Positions 25,426-38,346 of a DNA stretch of 64,000 nt are shown here, in pieces. Under the pieces are notes generated by a model. The model was given only the letters and a program-made list of their open reading frames with translations. It did no database searches and was not told where the DNA came from. Every line of letters begins with the position of its first letter. Within the stretch, counting starts at the first letter, position 1. The translations under genes were made by a program, and so were the position numbers. Source of the stretch: Lama guanicoe (taxonomy: Eukaryota); contig MU053504.1 in assembly GCA_013239625.1 (NCBI GenBank), forward strand, positions 1,992,607 through 2,056,606. Reading direction: 5' to 3'.

Positions 25426-28089
25426 CATCCTTCACATTTGGAGACCCAGTGTCCCTTCCTCCAGGATTCCCCCGGACTAAATCCTCTCCCCTGGTTCTTC
25501 TCGCCCATGGAACTGTATTCTTTTCCATCATGGTACATGTCACAGTGTTGTACTTGCTAATTATCTGTATTCATGGTTAGATCCTAAGCTTCAAGGGAGC
25601 AGGCACACTGTCTCTTGTTCACTCCCGTGTACACACATCTGCAGCACCTAGCACTGAGTCATGCTTAAACATGTGGAAAGTAAACTAGACCTTCGGGAGA
25701 AGTACAAAGTCATGAGGAGCCACAGGCACCAGCCTCCCTGAGGGGAAGGAGCTGGTGCTGCTGGCTGGTGGGAATGCAGCAGCCCTGTGCTAACTCAGCG
25801 GCCCCAGTTAGCAGGTGTGTTACATTCTTGGACTGTGTGTATGGAATGAGATGACTCTGCTACCAAGTACCAGCCTAGTGAGGATCAGTCACTTCAGCTG
25901 ATGGTGGAGGACGGAGTGACACCATCAGAATTTGTCAGGGTAGCATCTTTAGGGACCACAGTCTGTAGGAAACGGGACAGATGGTGTTCTCATCACTTCT
26001 CCCTTTTGAATGTGGGGACCTTTGGAAAAGAATCCAGAACTTTGTTTTTTTCTGAATTTTGTTTAGGAACTCGGAATGATGAGCTTTTAGCTGAGAATAG
26101 AGTCCTTTTCATGAGCATGGGGAAGAAAATATTTTCCCAGAGCAAGTTAACCAGGTCCAAAAGGATATACATGAAATGTAAGGAGAGAAGGAATGGTACC
26201 CAGATAATCCTGCACACTCAGAACAACAGGTCATAGCACACGGAAGAGAGAAGGAGAGTTGGGGGTTGGAGTGGAAGGGGGCAGCTCAGTGATTCAAATG
26301 AGAAAATGTCAGTATGAGGTAAATTAGAAAAGGACTCCCAGACTTGGGCACAGTGAAGAGTAAACTCTAGATTCTGATAAATCCGTTAAGCCCTCGTGGT
26401 GTCTTGTTGAGATGCTCCCTCCGACTCCAGTAGGAGCCTTGTGTATAAAGAGGGAAATAATACGACTTATTTGCTTGCTCTAAAAATCCAGTGAGGTGAT
26501 GTATGTGGAAGACTATCTGGGAGTGATGTGCTAGTGTGGTCAGGATGGTGACTGTTAGTAAAAGCAGGAGAGACAGGCACACACTCTGTGGAAATCTGTG
26601 TGGCTGGAGTTAGAGGCGCCTTAGAGGGTAGCATATGGATGAGGATGAAAAGGAGAAGCAGGCAGTGACGTCCTGCCACCTGGCCAAGAGGAGGTATTGT
26701 AATGGGAATTCCTAATATAAGCAAGATACAGTGTTTTTAGAAAACTTTTAATTATCTGAACTTCTGCTAAGACTCTTGTCAGATGGACAGCAGACATTTT
26801 GACAAATCCACAACTTGTTAATCATTTCATTTTCCAGAAGATGAAAGTGATATGGGGACCTGCCACTTTGAATTCAGACCAGAATGGTAAAGTGCAGATC
26901 ATCCCAGGAGCTTGTGCAGAAGCAGCAGTATCTCTGTGTTTAGGTTGGCTCAGAGGTCAAGGTCAGGCCAAGAAATGATACGTAGTTTTAGGAAGGCTGG
27001 ACAGGAAAAGATACACGTTATTTAATGGCCTTACGCTCCAGGAGGAAGTTTCACTATGCTCTCAAAATATTCTAGCTGTGCAGTTACAGTTAAGCTGGTG
27101 AAAAAGACACCGCCAAACACTGAGCTCTCAGAAAAATTGTGAGTTTTCAAAGATATATACAAAAGAGGGGAAAAAAGACCTAGAATCAAAGCATGACTTT
27201 TTGAGAATGGTCTCAGGGAAGTGCAAGCCTCTCATAAGCAGGGACAGGTTTAGGACAAAAAGGTCAGTGGATCCTTGTTTTCTCCTTCGGTGCAGAGCTA
27301 AGAGGAAGTGAGAGACCCTTAGCCCGTGGCCAGTGTCTTTGTGTTGAAAGAGAAAAATACACTTCTTGAAGAATGATCTTTGAATGCCATTGGCAAAATG
27401 TCAGTAATTTCCGAGGCTCAGTGCTGGACGTACTGAGATTGACTAGGTCATTCTCTACTTTCGTGTATGTTCAAAAGTTTCTGTGATTTTTTTAAAGTTA
27501 CATTTGTATTTAAAAAATATACAAAACAGTTGACAAGAGGGACTGCAGTAGGATGAACACTGAGGCACGGCCTTACCTGTCCCAAATTAGTGGTAGGAAA
27601 AAAAGACGGGAGGGGTTTCGGCAAGTGCCATCTTTTTTGAAATAACTAGTAAAGTCTTCATTGCTGTGTTACCCTAGAAGCCGTCAGGCATGTTACCAGC
27701 TATTCTGTTTGTGTCTCTTAGAAAAGCTGGAAAGGTAGAAGGAACCAGGTTGTTGGTGTTTTCAGCAGGTCTGCATTAAAGACAGAAGCCCCACTGAGGC
27801 CTGGGGGGAAAGGGGCACAGACAGACCTTCTGAGCTGCCCTGTTTCCTAGCTCTGCGTTGAGGGTCGTCCCAGGAAGGGCCTCTGAGTGACATCAGAGTC
27901 CTCGCCTCTGAGGCCAGCCCCATACTCAGCAGCACCTTGACCAACTCATTGGCCTCGTGCCTTCCATGTGGATTTGCTGCCTCCTTGTGTTCATCTCTTA
28001 GAATAAAAATAACAAAAAGCAGGATTACAAGGGCAAGAAGGCAAGAAGACTATGCATGGAAACCATGAAAGACTGAAAAGGTTACTCTT

Positions 28090-29110
28090 CTCAGATTCCT
28101 TCACTGCTTCTTCCTGTTCTCCCCAACTTCTCAGTGTCGGGGTGTCCTCAGAACACTCTTCTCTGTTTGTATTCACTCCCTTGGGGGCCCCGTCCAGATT
28201 TGTTACTTCAAATACTGTGCACTTTGCTGATGACTCTCAAATGCCATCTCTAGCCCCGACCTGACACCAGCCCCCAGGCTTTTCTGCCTGTTCACGACAT
28301 CTCCCCATGCCTGTCAAATAGGTGTGTAAAGTCTCCACATGTCTAACGCTGAACTCTGCTGTCTCCCACCTGCTCCCCCGAGCCATCCCCGCCTAGGTTG
28401 ATGGCAAATTCCTCAGGCCAAAGACCCTGGCTTTTCTCTTTCTTTCATACCCTCCATCCAGCCCATCAGGAAATCCTGTTGTCTCAACCTTCCAAAGTGC
28501 TTTTCACACGTCCTGATTTGAGCCACCCTCATTTCTCGCCTGGACTCCTGTTCTTTCTCTTTCTGCCATTGCCACTTTAATGGTCCTCCCCAGCGTAAGT
28601 TAGATCATAATGCTTCTCTGCTCAGAAACCTGCGCTGGCTCCTCATCTCAGTAAAATCCAACCACTTTATTTTAATGCCTGTAGGGCCCTCATGATCTGC
28701 CATCCCCTTCCCTTTATGTCTTCATCATTGGCCTGACTTCCCTCCACTCCAGGCACATCCTTGCCCCAGACTTTGCACTGGCTGGCCCTGCTGCCCAGGC
28801 TCGTTTCTCCAGAATTCCCCTGAGCTACTACCTGCTGCGCATCCTCCAAGTCTTTGCCCAGATGAGACCTTCTCAAGAATTAAAGCCCCCCTACTCTGAC
28901 CATTCTGCTTTAGAGTGCCACGGGCACTCCGAACCTCCTTGCCCTTACTGTCTATTTATGTAGCATTTACACCCTCTGACAGGCTCTATAATTTGCTTAT
29001 TTATATTGTTTACTATTTGCCTCCATCCGCTGGCACCAAAGTGGTCTTTTGTTCTCTTCAGTGATGTATTCCATGAGCCTAGAAGAGGACCTGGCCCAGT
29101 AAATTGTTGA
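28090..29110 (+). mobile_element. L2 fragment
   Basis: tgctgatgactctcaaat...aggccaaagaccctgg...ctttgcactggctg...taaattgttga. Confidence 0.7.
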
Positions 29111-29508
29111 TTAAAAAAAAAAATTGAAACTGTCAGAGAGGAGGAAGGATCATCAGTGTCAGGATGGCCAAGAGGCCCAGCAAGTTAGGGACTGCAGGCT
29201 CCCCATGGAGTGGTGACCCTGGGCTCCTCTTTTGCCAGAGTACCCATTGGACAGGTTTGCTCTCTTGTGCATCTTGGGGAGGCGGTAGGCTGAGGGAGGC
29301 TTAATTTCTGTTTGTGAAAGCACAGAAGCCCCGTCCTCCTGGCACCTCTGAGTGTCTGTCTCCAACCAGCCCGGGAGTCACTGCGGCTGCCTTTCACAAA
29401 GCCAACCCATCGTGCAAACACAGAGCTCAGCAAGAGGGTGCCTGTAGCAAGCCCCCTTTACAAGTTAATGAGTGGAAATGCCAGTTTTAAAATTATTTAA
29501 GCAGTAAT

Positions 29509-29646
29509 CTGTTCTTAGAAACAATAATTAGTACATACATGTGAACTAAAAAACAGTGCAGTATACTGTATATATGTATTTACATGCAATATAATGTGTG
29601 TGTACAGTCGAACTGTAATAATTCTACCTAATAAAACTGAAAAAGA
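29509..29646 (+). mobile_element. Short LINE-like 3' tip; second copy at ~48216-48350
   Basis: ctgttcttagaaacaat...tctacctaataaaactg plus A tail; degenerate TSD aaattatttaagcagt / aagttattcaggcagt. Confidence 0.7.
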
Positions 29647-30392
29647 AGTTATTCAGGCAGTTACCTAAGAGGTTTATTTGTTAAGCTCACTAGCCCTTTT
29701 AAAGCAGAAGTCAGTCATTCTCTCTGCTGTTGCAGTAGCTTTTCAAACCATTCAGTGTCTGGTTTACTGTTCAGAGAACATTGAAACCATTTGCAGTTAC
29801 AAGACCCCTGGGAGTTATTCTCTCCCAATGCTTTCAAGAAAGCTGTTGGCATGAGTTTGTTTTATTTTATTGAAAAAAAATTTACTTTGTAAAAATATAA
29901 TTGAGTATATATATATATATGTATGTATATATATAATTACATACAAATTTCTTGTTTACTTATGAAAAGCTGGTGGTTAACTTTTGATAATTAACTTTTC
30001 TGATTTCTTTAGACTTTACTAGTAAATGTTTGCTAGTTTGATTAAATAGCATGCTTGTTATTTGTCATAATTATTATAGAATTATTTTTCTTATTTGGGA
30101 TGAGCCATAATGAGCATCCTGATAAAGACCCAGCAGGAGGTCAAGGCTCTCCTCTCTCGGAGTACCTTGTGGTGGAGACAGAACAGTCTAGTGGCTGGGC
30201 TGGGAAAGCCAGCTTATTACAGTCTGCTCACCCTTTGTTTCCTGTGGACCAGGGCTTGGTTGTGATGACTCATCAGAAAGGAGCTTGGAGTTGGTATTTG
30301 GAGGGTTGTTCCGCTGCCTGGCCTGAGGTGTGGGTGACAGCCTGCTGAACCTGGGGGCTGGGATAATAACTCGGTACTTTCCTTTCTCACAG

Positions 30393-30471
30393 TTGTTTCC
30401 TCTCTTTGCTCCTGGTGGCTGCTGTGGTTTGGAAGATCAAACAAAGTTGTTGGGCTTCCAGACGTAGAGAG
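30393..30471 (+). CDS. ATRN: Attractin exon ~26 (end of TM, juxtamembrane basic patch)
   Basis: cacag|TTGTTT...AGAGAG|gtaagc; CFLSLLLVAAVVWKIKQSCWASRRRE; 79 bp. Confidence 0.96.
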
Positions 30472-31050
30472 GTAAGCCTCTGTGGAAGATTAATGACTTC
30501 CCGTAAGAGCAGGCCTTCATGTCCAGGCCTCCCTAAACCCAGAGCCCCTCCTTGTCCCTCTACTCTGCAAAATTTCGTTTATTTATGTGTTTGGCTTATA
30601 CCACCTCTGAATAAAGAGCTCTTTTGGTTCCTATCTGCTGTGTAACAGAGGACAGGTTTTGTTGCTGTGTAAATACTTGGTTCAAGTTTCAGCAGGAAGG
30701 AAGAAAGCCTGCTAGTTATAATAGTAACATATGAGGAGATAGGATAATTCATTTAATGTGTTTAACAAGCAGGCATCATAGCATTATATCCATCAGTACA
30801 TTACTATGTATCTCTAACAGATAAGGACTTTTTCTTTAATGTAACAACAATACTTTTATCACAGCCAACAAAATTAAAAGTCTTAATGTTGTCTGTTACC
30901 TGGTCCATGTCCAGTTTTCCCCAACCATCTCAAATATATTGTTTTGGACTTGATTTATTTGAATCAGAAAGGAAGAGATGTTTTTATATATAGTATCCTG
31001 TAACAATACTCAGTACTCATTGCATTAATGGTTGCTATGTTGCTCATCAG

Positions 31051-31158
31051 CAACTTCTTCGAGAGATGCAGCAGATGGCCAGTCGTCCCTTTGCCTCTGT
31101 AAACGTTGCCTTGGAAACAGATGAAGAGCCTCCTGATCTTATTGGGGGGAGTATAAAG
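31051..31158 (+). CDS. ATRN: Attractin exon ~27 (cytoplasmic, MASRPF motif)
   Basis: catcag|CAACTT...ATAAAG|gtaagc; QLLREMQQMASRPFASVNVALETDEEPPDLIGGSIK; 108 bp. Confidence 0.97.
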
Positions 31159-31627
31159 GTAAGCTTGAGATTCAAAAGTCCCTATAACTTAACTTGCCAA
31201 AACTCATGCTTCTAAGTCTGGGTAACCAGAGAGAGCAAGAGTGTCATTCTGTTGCCTCTTATGTTGTCCTCTCTCTTTTTAATAATAAGTCAACACACTG
31301 AAGGTATTAGGTAGCCTTTTGCTTTCATTTTCCAGTCGTTGATTCATTTTGTTAAGCAGTCTCATGTTCAGGGGATTTTAAAATATAAATAATTTGTCTG
31401 ATATTCTTGTAAGTTTTTTGTGGTGTAATACTTGAAAACTTGAAAATAGCTAAACTGAACCATTTTTCTTTATAAATATTTTGGGGGATTTATTTAAAGG
31501 AAGAAAAGTCATAATTGATTATGAATTCTGTGGAAGATAAATAATTCTGACACCCCCCCATGATGAAGAATGTGATAAGACTCTTTTGACAAAACGATGA
31601 AATATTTCAGATTCTCTTGGGAAACAG

Positions 31628-31656
31628 CTGTGTGTGTGTGTGTGTGTTTGTGTGTG
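31628..31656. repeat. (TG)n microsatellite
   Basis: Imperfect TG run. Confidence 0.9.
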
Positions 31657-31849
31657 AATGACCTATATGTCCTAACATACTTAATAAAGCATTACTGAGC
31701 TCACAGGAAGTAGGTGAAATTTCCAGGGACAGCTCTTCTTTCCTTCTTCCAAGAAAAAACAAACCATGAACCATAACCAGAACCATATGTGATCTTAAGT
31801 GGTTCTAGACTGGTAACACACCACAGCTCTCAGCTAAAGTAGAAACAGA

Positions 31850-33250
31850 TCCTGTCTGTAGGAAAACATACCCAATTCAGCTGTGTAGAATTCCCACAGA
31901 TCAAGATCAAACAAAGATCACCAAGGATGAGAGAAAAGCCACCATGAATAAGAGTCAGCAGAAACAACAGAATTGACATCTAAAGAACAATATAGCTCTG
32001 TATGAAATGTTTAATACAGAAATGAAAGATCGAATAATAAAGATGAGGAAGCCATGAGAGTCAAGAATGGCCAAGCAGATCTGAGAAAGAACCAAAGGGA
32101 AATGTTATAAATCGAAAATATAGTAGTTGAAATTTTTTAAATGACTAAATTTACATGTTAAACAGCACATTAGACACAAGTGAGGAGGGAGCTTTTGAGC
32201 TGGAAGATGAATCTGAAAAAATTGTACGAAATGCACACCTGAAATTAACACAACATTGTAAATCAAGTGTACTTCAATTAAATAAATAAATACGTTTTTA
32301 AAAAAGAAATGCTTGGAGGAAATGAAAAAAATTAAAAATAAAAATAGAATTATATGAGCCAGCAATCCCATTTCTGGGTATGTACCCAAAAGAATTGAAA
32401 GCAGAGTCTTGAAAGTGTATTTTCACACTCCTGTGTGCACAGCAGCATTATTCACAGCAAAAAGTTGAAAGCCACCCAAGTGTCCATTAACATATTGAAT
32501 GAATAAGCAAAATGTTGTATATACATATGGTGGAATATTACTCAGCCTTAAAAAGGAAAGAAATTCTAGCACATGCTACAGAGATGAATCTTGAAGACAT
32601 TATGCTAAGTGAAATAAGCCAGTCACAAAAAGACAAATATATATAATTTCACTTATATGAGGTACCTTGAGTAGTCAGATTCATAGGGACAGAAAATAGA
32701 ATGGTAGTTGCCAGGGTCTGAGGAGGAGGAATTGCATTTCTGTTTTACAAGATGAAGGAGTTCTAGAGATGGGTGGTGGTGATGGTCACACAATAGTGTA
32801 AACATGCTTAACACCATTGAACTGAACATCTAAAAATGGTTAAGACAGCAAATTTTATGTTATGTGTAAATTACCACATTAAAAAATAACTGGGGAAAAA
32901 GAGAAGATCGCCTACAAAGGAATGACAGAGTGACAGCTGACTTCTCATTAACTTCTCGGAAGCCACAGGAGAGAAGAAAAATGTCTTCAGAGTATTGAAA
33001 GAGAAGAACTGCCAACCTAGACTAGCGGGCCCAGTAACTACCTTCCAAGAACAAGGATAAAATTTAAGATGTCTCCAGATTAGGGGAAAAACGGAGCATT
33101 TGCCACCAACACATCTATACAAAAGAAACGTCTAAAGAATGTGCTAGGAAGGAGGAAAATTATCCCCAGGAGGATGGAGTAAGAAGGCATAACATGTACA
33201 TAAATCTAAACAAACATTGTCCTGGTAAAATAGGAATAGTTTGTGGGTTT
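31850..33250 (+). mobile_element. Old L1 ORF1-region remnant interrupted by an L1MB-like 3' end (~32340-32885)
   Basis: gcaatcccatttctgggtatgtaccc...gacattatgctaagtgaaataagccagtcac; flanking ORF1-like A-rich sequence. Confidence 0.7.
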
Positions 33251-33499
33251 AGGAAGAACAGACCAGCCTGAAGTACTGACGACACCCTGTGTCATCTGTC
33301 AGCAGCACATGGCGCAGTTGGCTGCTCCTTAAAACACTTCCTTGACTCTCAGGACACCACACTCACCTTCTGGCTGTTCTCGCTCCGTATTCTTTGTTCA
33401 ACCCTCTTCATCTGCACAGCATCTCTTAATAGTCGTGTGCATCACAGGATCAGTCTTTGCACCTCCTCTCACATCTTTTACATCCACGCCTTTGGTGAC

Positions 33500-33862
33500 T
33501 GTCTCAGTCTCTTCAGGCTGTTGCTAACAAAATGCCAGAGACTGGGTGGCTTATAAACAATAGAAAGTTATTTCTTACAGGTTTGGAGGCTGGGAAATCC
33601 AAGATCAGGGTACTGGCAGATTAGGTGTCTGGTGAGGGCTTATTTCTGGTTCATAAATGGTGGCTTCTAGCTCTGGTCTTAAGTGGTGGTGGGGTCGGGG
33701 AGCTCTCAGGGTCTCTTGTCTAAGGGCACTAATCCCATTCATGAGGGCTCAGCCCTCATGACACAATCATTTCCCAAAGGCCTCACCTCCAAACACTATC
33801 ACATTGGGTGTTAAAATGTAACATACGAATTTTGGAAGTACACAAATATTCAGACCACAGCA
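33500..33862 (-). mobile_element. MaLR LTR (MLT1A-like) inside L2
   Basis: tgtctcagtc...gactgggtggcttataaacaa...ttcagaccacagca. Confidence 0.85.
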
Positions 33863-34400
33863 ATGATCTTATCCATTGTGGATTTAAACACCGTGAGCTC
33901 TCCACTCAGACCTCTTCCGTGAGTGGCCAACTCATGTATCAAATTGCTTGCTCAGCGTTGCCACTTGGATGTCATTATAAGCATCTCAGAATTAACATGT
34001 CCACACTGAGCTCTAGATGCTCTTCCCCACAACCTGCTCCTCTGGTGTAACTCCCTCAGCTCAGTGCATTTCACCTTCATCACCCTAGTCACCCAGGCCA
34101 AAGTCGTCCTTGGCTTGTCCTTGCTCTCATCCTCATTGGACAGCCAGTCCATTAGCAAATCTTTATGGCTTTATCTTCAAAAATATTTCCTGACCACAGT
34201 GCACCACGTCCACCATGGTTACCTGTCACCTTAATCTAGGCCACTGGCATCTCCCAGCTGGACTCTTGCAGTGGCCTTGTAACCGGTTACCCCCCGGCTG
34301 CCATTTCACTCATCTAGTCATTTCCCCATGCCATAGCCAGGGTGGTTCTGGAAATGATTTTTTTCAACAGATTTGAGGAAATTGATGACATGTTTGGGGA

Positions 34401-35002
34401 TATGGTAGGCAGAATTCTAAAGATGGCCCCCAAGATTCCTGAATCATGATTATTCAGTCAAACACTACTCTGGGTTCTGCTGTGAAGAAATTTTGCAGAA
34501 GTAATGAAAGTCTGAGGGTAGGTGACCTTAAGATGTAAGGAGAGCTTTCTCCGGCTGGTGGCGGAAGAGGAAGCATGAGAAGGACTTGATGCACCGACGC
34601 TGGTTTGAAGCTGGAGGGGGCGTGTGGGGAAGAGTGGGAATGGCCTCTAAGAGAAGAGAGTGGTGCCTGGCTGACCACTAGCAAGAAAATGGAGACCTCA
34701 GACCTGTAGCTGCAAGGAGCTGGATTCTGCTAACAATCTGAATGTGTTTTGAAGCAGATTCCTCCGCAGAGCTCAGCTGATAACTTGACTTCCATCTCCT
34801 GGAGATAAGAGCTAGCCCCTTGAGACCTTTGCTGAGAATTTTTCCAGAACTGATGGAAGACATGAACAGGGCCTGCATGCCTAAGCTGAGAGCCCTACGG
34901 AGCTCTCACCTGGCCTTCTGATCTACAAAACTGCGGCAATAAATAGGTGCTGTTTTAAGTACCTAAGTTGGAATTTGTTTCACAGCAATAGAAACTAGCA
35001 CA
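34401..35002 (+). mobile_element. MaLR LTR (MLT1E-like)
   Basis: tatggtaggcagaattctaaagatggccccc...cacagcaatagaaactagcaca. Confidence 0.8.
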
Positions 35003-35087
35003 GGGGCATTTAAAATCACATCTGAAGGCTATGAAGGTCTTTCCTGGGAAACACCACTTTAGGTAATTCTTTGTTTTCTTCCACCAG

Positions 35088-35202
35088 ACTGTTCCCAAGC
35101 CCATCGCCCTGGAGCCATGTTTTGGCAACAAAGCTGCCGTCCTCTCTGTGTTTGTGAGGCTCCCTCGAGGCCTCGGTGGAATTCCTCCTCCTGGGCAGTC
35201 AG
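35088..35202 (+). CDS. ATRN: Attractin exon ~28
   Basis: caccag|ACTGTT...GTCAG|gtgagt; TVPKPIALEPCFGNKAAVLSVFVRLPRGLGGIPPPGQS; 115 bp. Confidence 0.97.
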
Positions 35203-35297
35203 GTGAGTAGATGAGGGTCGGTGACAAATACAGTTATGTTTCAGATGTGTGAAGGCTCCTTTCTTAGAGAACTTGGGTATAAAAGCAACATTGAATT

Positions 35298-35736
35298 CAG
35301 GCGTACCTCGGAGATGTCGCAGATTCAGTTCCAGAACACTGCGACAAAGCGAACACCTCAGCAGAGCGAGTCACGTGAGTTTTTTGGTTTCCCGGTGCAT
35401 AAAAGTTACGTTCACACTATACTGTAGTCTGTTAAGTGTGCAATAGCATTATGTCTAAAGAAAACAATATTCATTCTTAATTTTAAAATGCTTTATTGGG
35501 GAGAGGGTGTAGCTCAGTGGTAGAGTGGGTGCTTAGCATGCACAAGGTCCTGGGTTCAATCCTTAGCACCTCCATTAAAAAAAAAAGGAAAAAAATAAAA
35601 ATACTTTATTTCTTTAAAATATGCTATCATCTGACAATGCAGACTTGCCATAAACTTTCAATTTGTAAAGAAAAACAAAACAAAACAAAAACTAAAGGCA
35701 CAGTGTCTGTGAAGCACAGTAAGTGTGGTGTGCCTG
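35298..35736 (-). mobile_element. Internally deleted Tigger1-type DNA transposon
   Basis: Terminal inverted repeats CAGGCGTACC / GGTGTGCCTG; both Tigger1 ends recognisable. Confidence 0.8.
35498..35597 (+). mobile_element. tRNA-Ala(AGC)-derived SINE (camelid-type) inserted in Tigger
   Basis: A box TAGCTCAGTGG, B box GGTTCAATCC, A tail; TSD AAAAT(G/A)CTTTATT at 35485-35497 and 35598-35610. Confidence 0.88.
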
Positions 35737-37057
35737 TGGTGCTGCCTCGTGTCATCGCGAGGATTCTGTCAGGTGGTCCCATGGTCGCTTGTATGCCCTG
35801 ACCCGTCTTTCCTGAGGTCACCATTCCTTCCTGGGAAAAGTCTAGAGCTCCCTTCGCTGCGCCAGCCTCCTTAGCCTCCCAGTGGCAGTGACACTTCCGA
35901 CCACACCTTCCTTTGCCGCCAGTGTTTCCAGCCCCCTCTGGCTGTGCTGCTTCTGGCCTCTTTCCTTGCTCTGCCCTGAAATGCGGGCTTTCTCCCTCTT
36001 CGCTCCGTCTGCGCTTCCTCAGTCATCTCACCTCCTCTCCTGGTTTCCTGCTAGCTCCTCCAAGTTAGCGGTTCTCCAGTTGGTATTTCTAGCACTGCTG
36101 CATTTCTTCTGCTTTTCCACTCTATTTTTAGCATAAGGCACAAACAACAATTATAACATCCTAAAGGAAGGTTTTGAAAATTTACTCACAATTCTAGCAT
36201 CCACCACCCACCAATTTTCACAGTTCTGTTTCCTTTCTAGCCCTTGCTAATAATTTAGTTGCAATGATTGTATAGCTTTAATTAAAAATTAAAATTAAAA
36301 ATTCTTCTTTTTTCATGTAACGATCATAAACATTTTTACAGCTTGCTCCGTAATATTTTACCAAAGTCTTTTACACTATTCCATCAAGTACATGAATCAT
36401 AATTTAGATAAACATTCTTTTACTGTTGAACATGAAGAGGGAATGGAATGATTTTGGAAGTGTGTTGATTAATCATGGAGTACTTTGGAGAGATGCCTCA
36501 GACAGTGCGAATGTTTTAGACAACTTTCAGTTGAGATGGTTCTGTGAGTCAGGGTTGCCTTAGCCAAAGAAAGCCTTGTGACTATGAGTAAAGTCAGAGT
36601 CTTTGCTCAGGCCCTGAGTTCCCCAGCCCCTCAGATCCAGAAGGGCCTTCAGCTCAGCTTTCAGGAATCTGAGTCTGTGTGTTCTCACAGGGAGGCCATC
36701 AGGCATGACCAGGCCAGGATTTATTGTCATTCACAGGGGAGTGGCTTGATTTGCTTTCATCTAGCAAAGTCCTGTGAGATGAGCCACTAGCTCAGCCTTG
36801 CCTGTTTTGAGGGCAGGATGACCCACTGACCAGATGCTCTGGAACAGTGTCTCCTGCCAGTGCTCGGCTCAGCAGACAATGGCCAGGACTCCCTGAGGGC
36901 AAAGGTGGCTGGGGTGGGGAGGTGACAGGCTTGCGACACTGTGGCCTTTCCTGCTGCAAACCCTGCCTGATGTGGCCCTCCTCCCTGGACTCCTGATAAA
37001 GACCTGTTCACTGCTTGAGACCCGCCCCAGGGGCGGGGCCACCCCTTCCCCATCCCC

Positions 37058-37180
37058 CATTTTATTTATTTACTTTTATTGAAGTGTAGTTGATTTACAA
37101 TATTGTATTAGTCTCAGGTATACAACAGTGAGTCAACATTTTTATAGATTGTACTCCATTTATAGTTACTACAAGGTAAC
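37058..37180 (-). mobile_element. Short L1 3' tip
   Basis: ttttattgaagtgtagttgatttacaatattgtattagt. Confidence 0.7.
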
Positions 37181-38221
37181 AGCTTCTCTCCTTTCTGGTG
37201 TGTACACCTTAAGGTTCCTCCTACTAAACCTCAGGCCCTTTTCTCCTTCGGTGTGGGTTCATTATTCCCCCAGATGACCCTCTACCTGCTGTCTTTGCTA
37301 CAACTGTTGTCACTGCTATGGACTCCCCATTTCGGCCAGGCACTAAACCTGGCACTTAAAAGCTACCTCCCTACCCCCACCCAGTTGTATAGACTCAGGG
37401 AGGTGGAGTAAGAAGCTCCTGTAACATGGCTCCTGAGGGTCTCAGCAGGGCTCTGAGCCTGTCTGGACTTTCTCATGCATAGGAATCCAGCTCCCCCAGG
37501 ACTGCCTTCCCTAATGAGCATCAGGTTAATCGATTCCCAATACGAAAGGGAGAACGGAGCCACCAGTCCCTAAAGCAGAGGTGGTGGTGGACGGTGGGGC
37601 GATGAGCCAGGTACCGTTCTGTGACCTGTCATCAGTTCATTCATTGACCCATCACACAAGCCCTGTGCTGGTCTCCATTTTACAAATGAGGAAACTGAGG
37701 CACAGGGAGGTTAAAGAACCTCACTTATTCCAAAGCCTGGACCCAGAGTCTGTCCTAACCCCTATTGTGATATAAATATAAAAATAACTAGTGCTGGCTG
37801 GGTGATGTGGAATGAATCTGAATTTCATCGTAAAGAGTGCTGCTTTTTCTTGGCACCTATTTGGAGTCAGGCAGGAGAAAATGAGTGCTTAGAGCATGTC
37901 TGCTATTTTTTTTAAATGCTCCCACCACCAGGCACTTTGCTTGGTTGATCTGCTGAAAAGCAAGATACTGGGGTGGGGGGGGGCGGGGGTTATATATTTG
38001 TACAAATAAACACTGAAAGAACATATGCAAACTAATGAAAGCAGTTACTCTGATGGAGGGGGAAATATGGAGGGAGACAAATTGAAAGTAAGACCTTTCC
38101 CATCTGTGTATTTATTTATTTATTGTACCGTGGGAATGTAAAAAGAAAAAAATTTTTAATTATTTTTTAAATAAAAGCAAGCTGCTCCTTAACATGCTTT
38201 CCCTCTGTGGGTTCTCTCAAG

Positions 38222-38346
38222 GTCTCGCAGTGGCCAGCGCCCTGGTGGACATTTCTCAGCAGATGCCAATAGTATACAAAGAGAAGTCAGGAGCGGTGAG
38301 AAACCGGAAGCAGCAGCCCCCTGCGCAGCCTGGGACCTGCATTTGA
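38222..38346 (+). CDS. ATRN: Attractin terminal coding exon, coding part
   Basis: tcaag|GTCTCG...ATT TGA; (G)LAVASALVDISQQMPIVYKEKSGAVRNRKQQPPAQPGTCI*. Confidence 0.96.

Noticed and set aside
35498..35574. Functional tRNA-Ala(AGC) gene
   Set aside because: Has an A tail, a TSD, extra 5' bases, CpG-decay substitutions and no T-run terminator, so it is a SINE or retrocopy.
37970..37989. G-run with G-quadruplex potential upstream of the last ATRN exon
   Set aside because: Simple homopolymer in repeat-like intronic DNA; no evidence of function.
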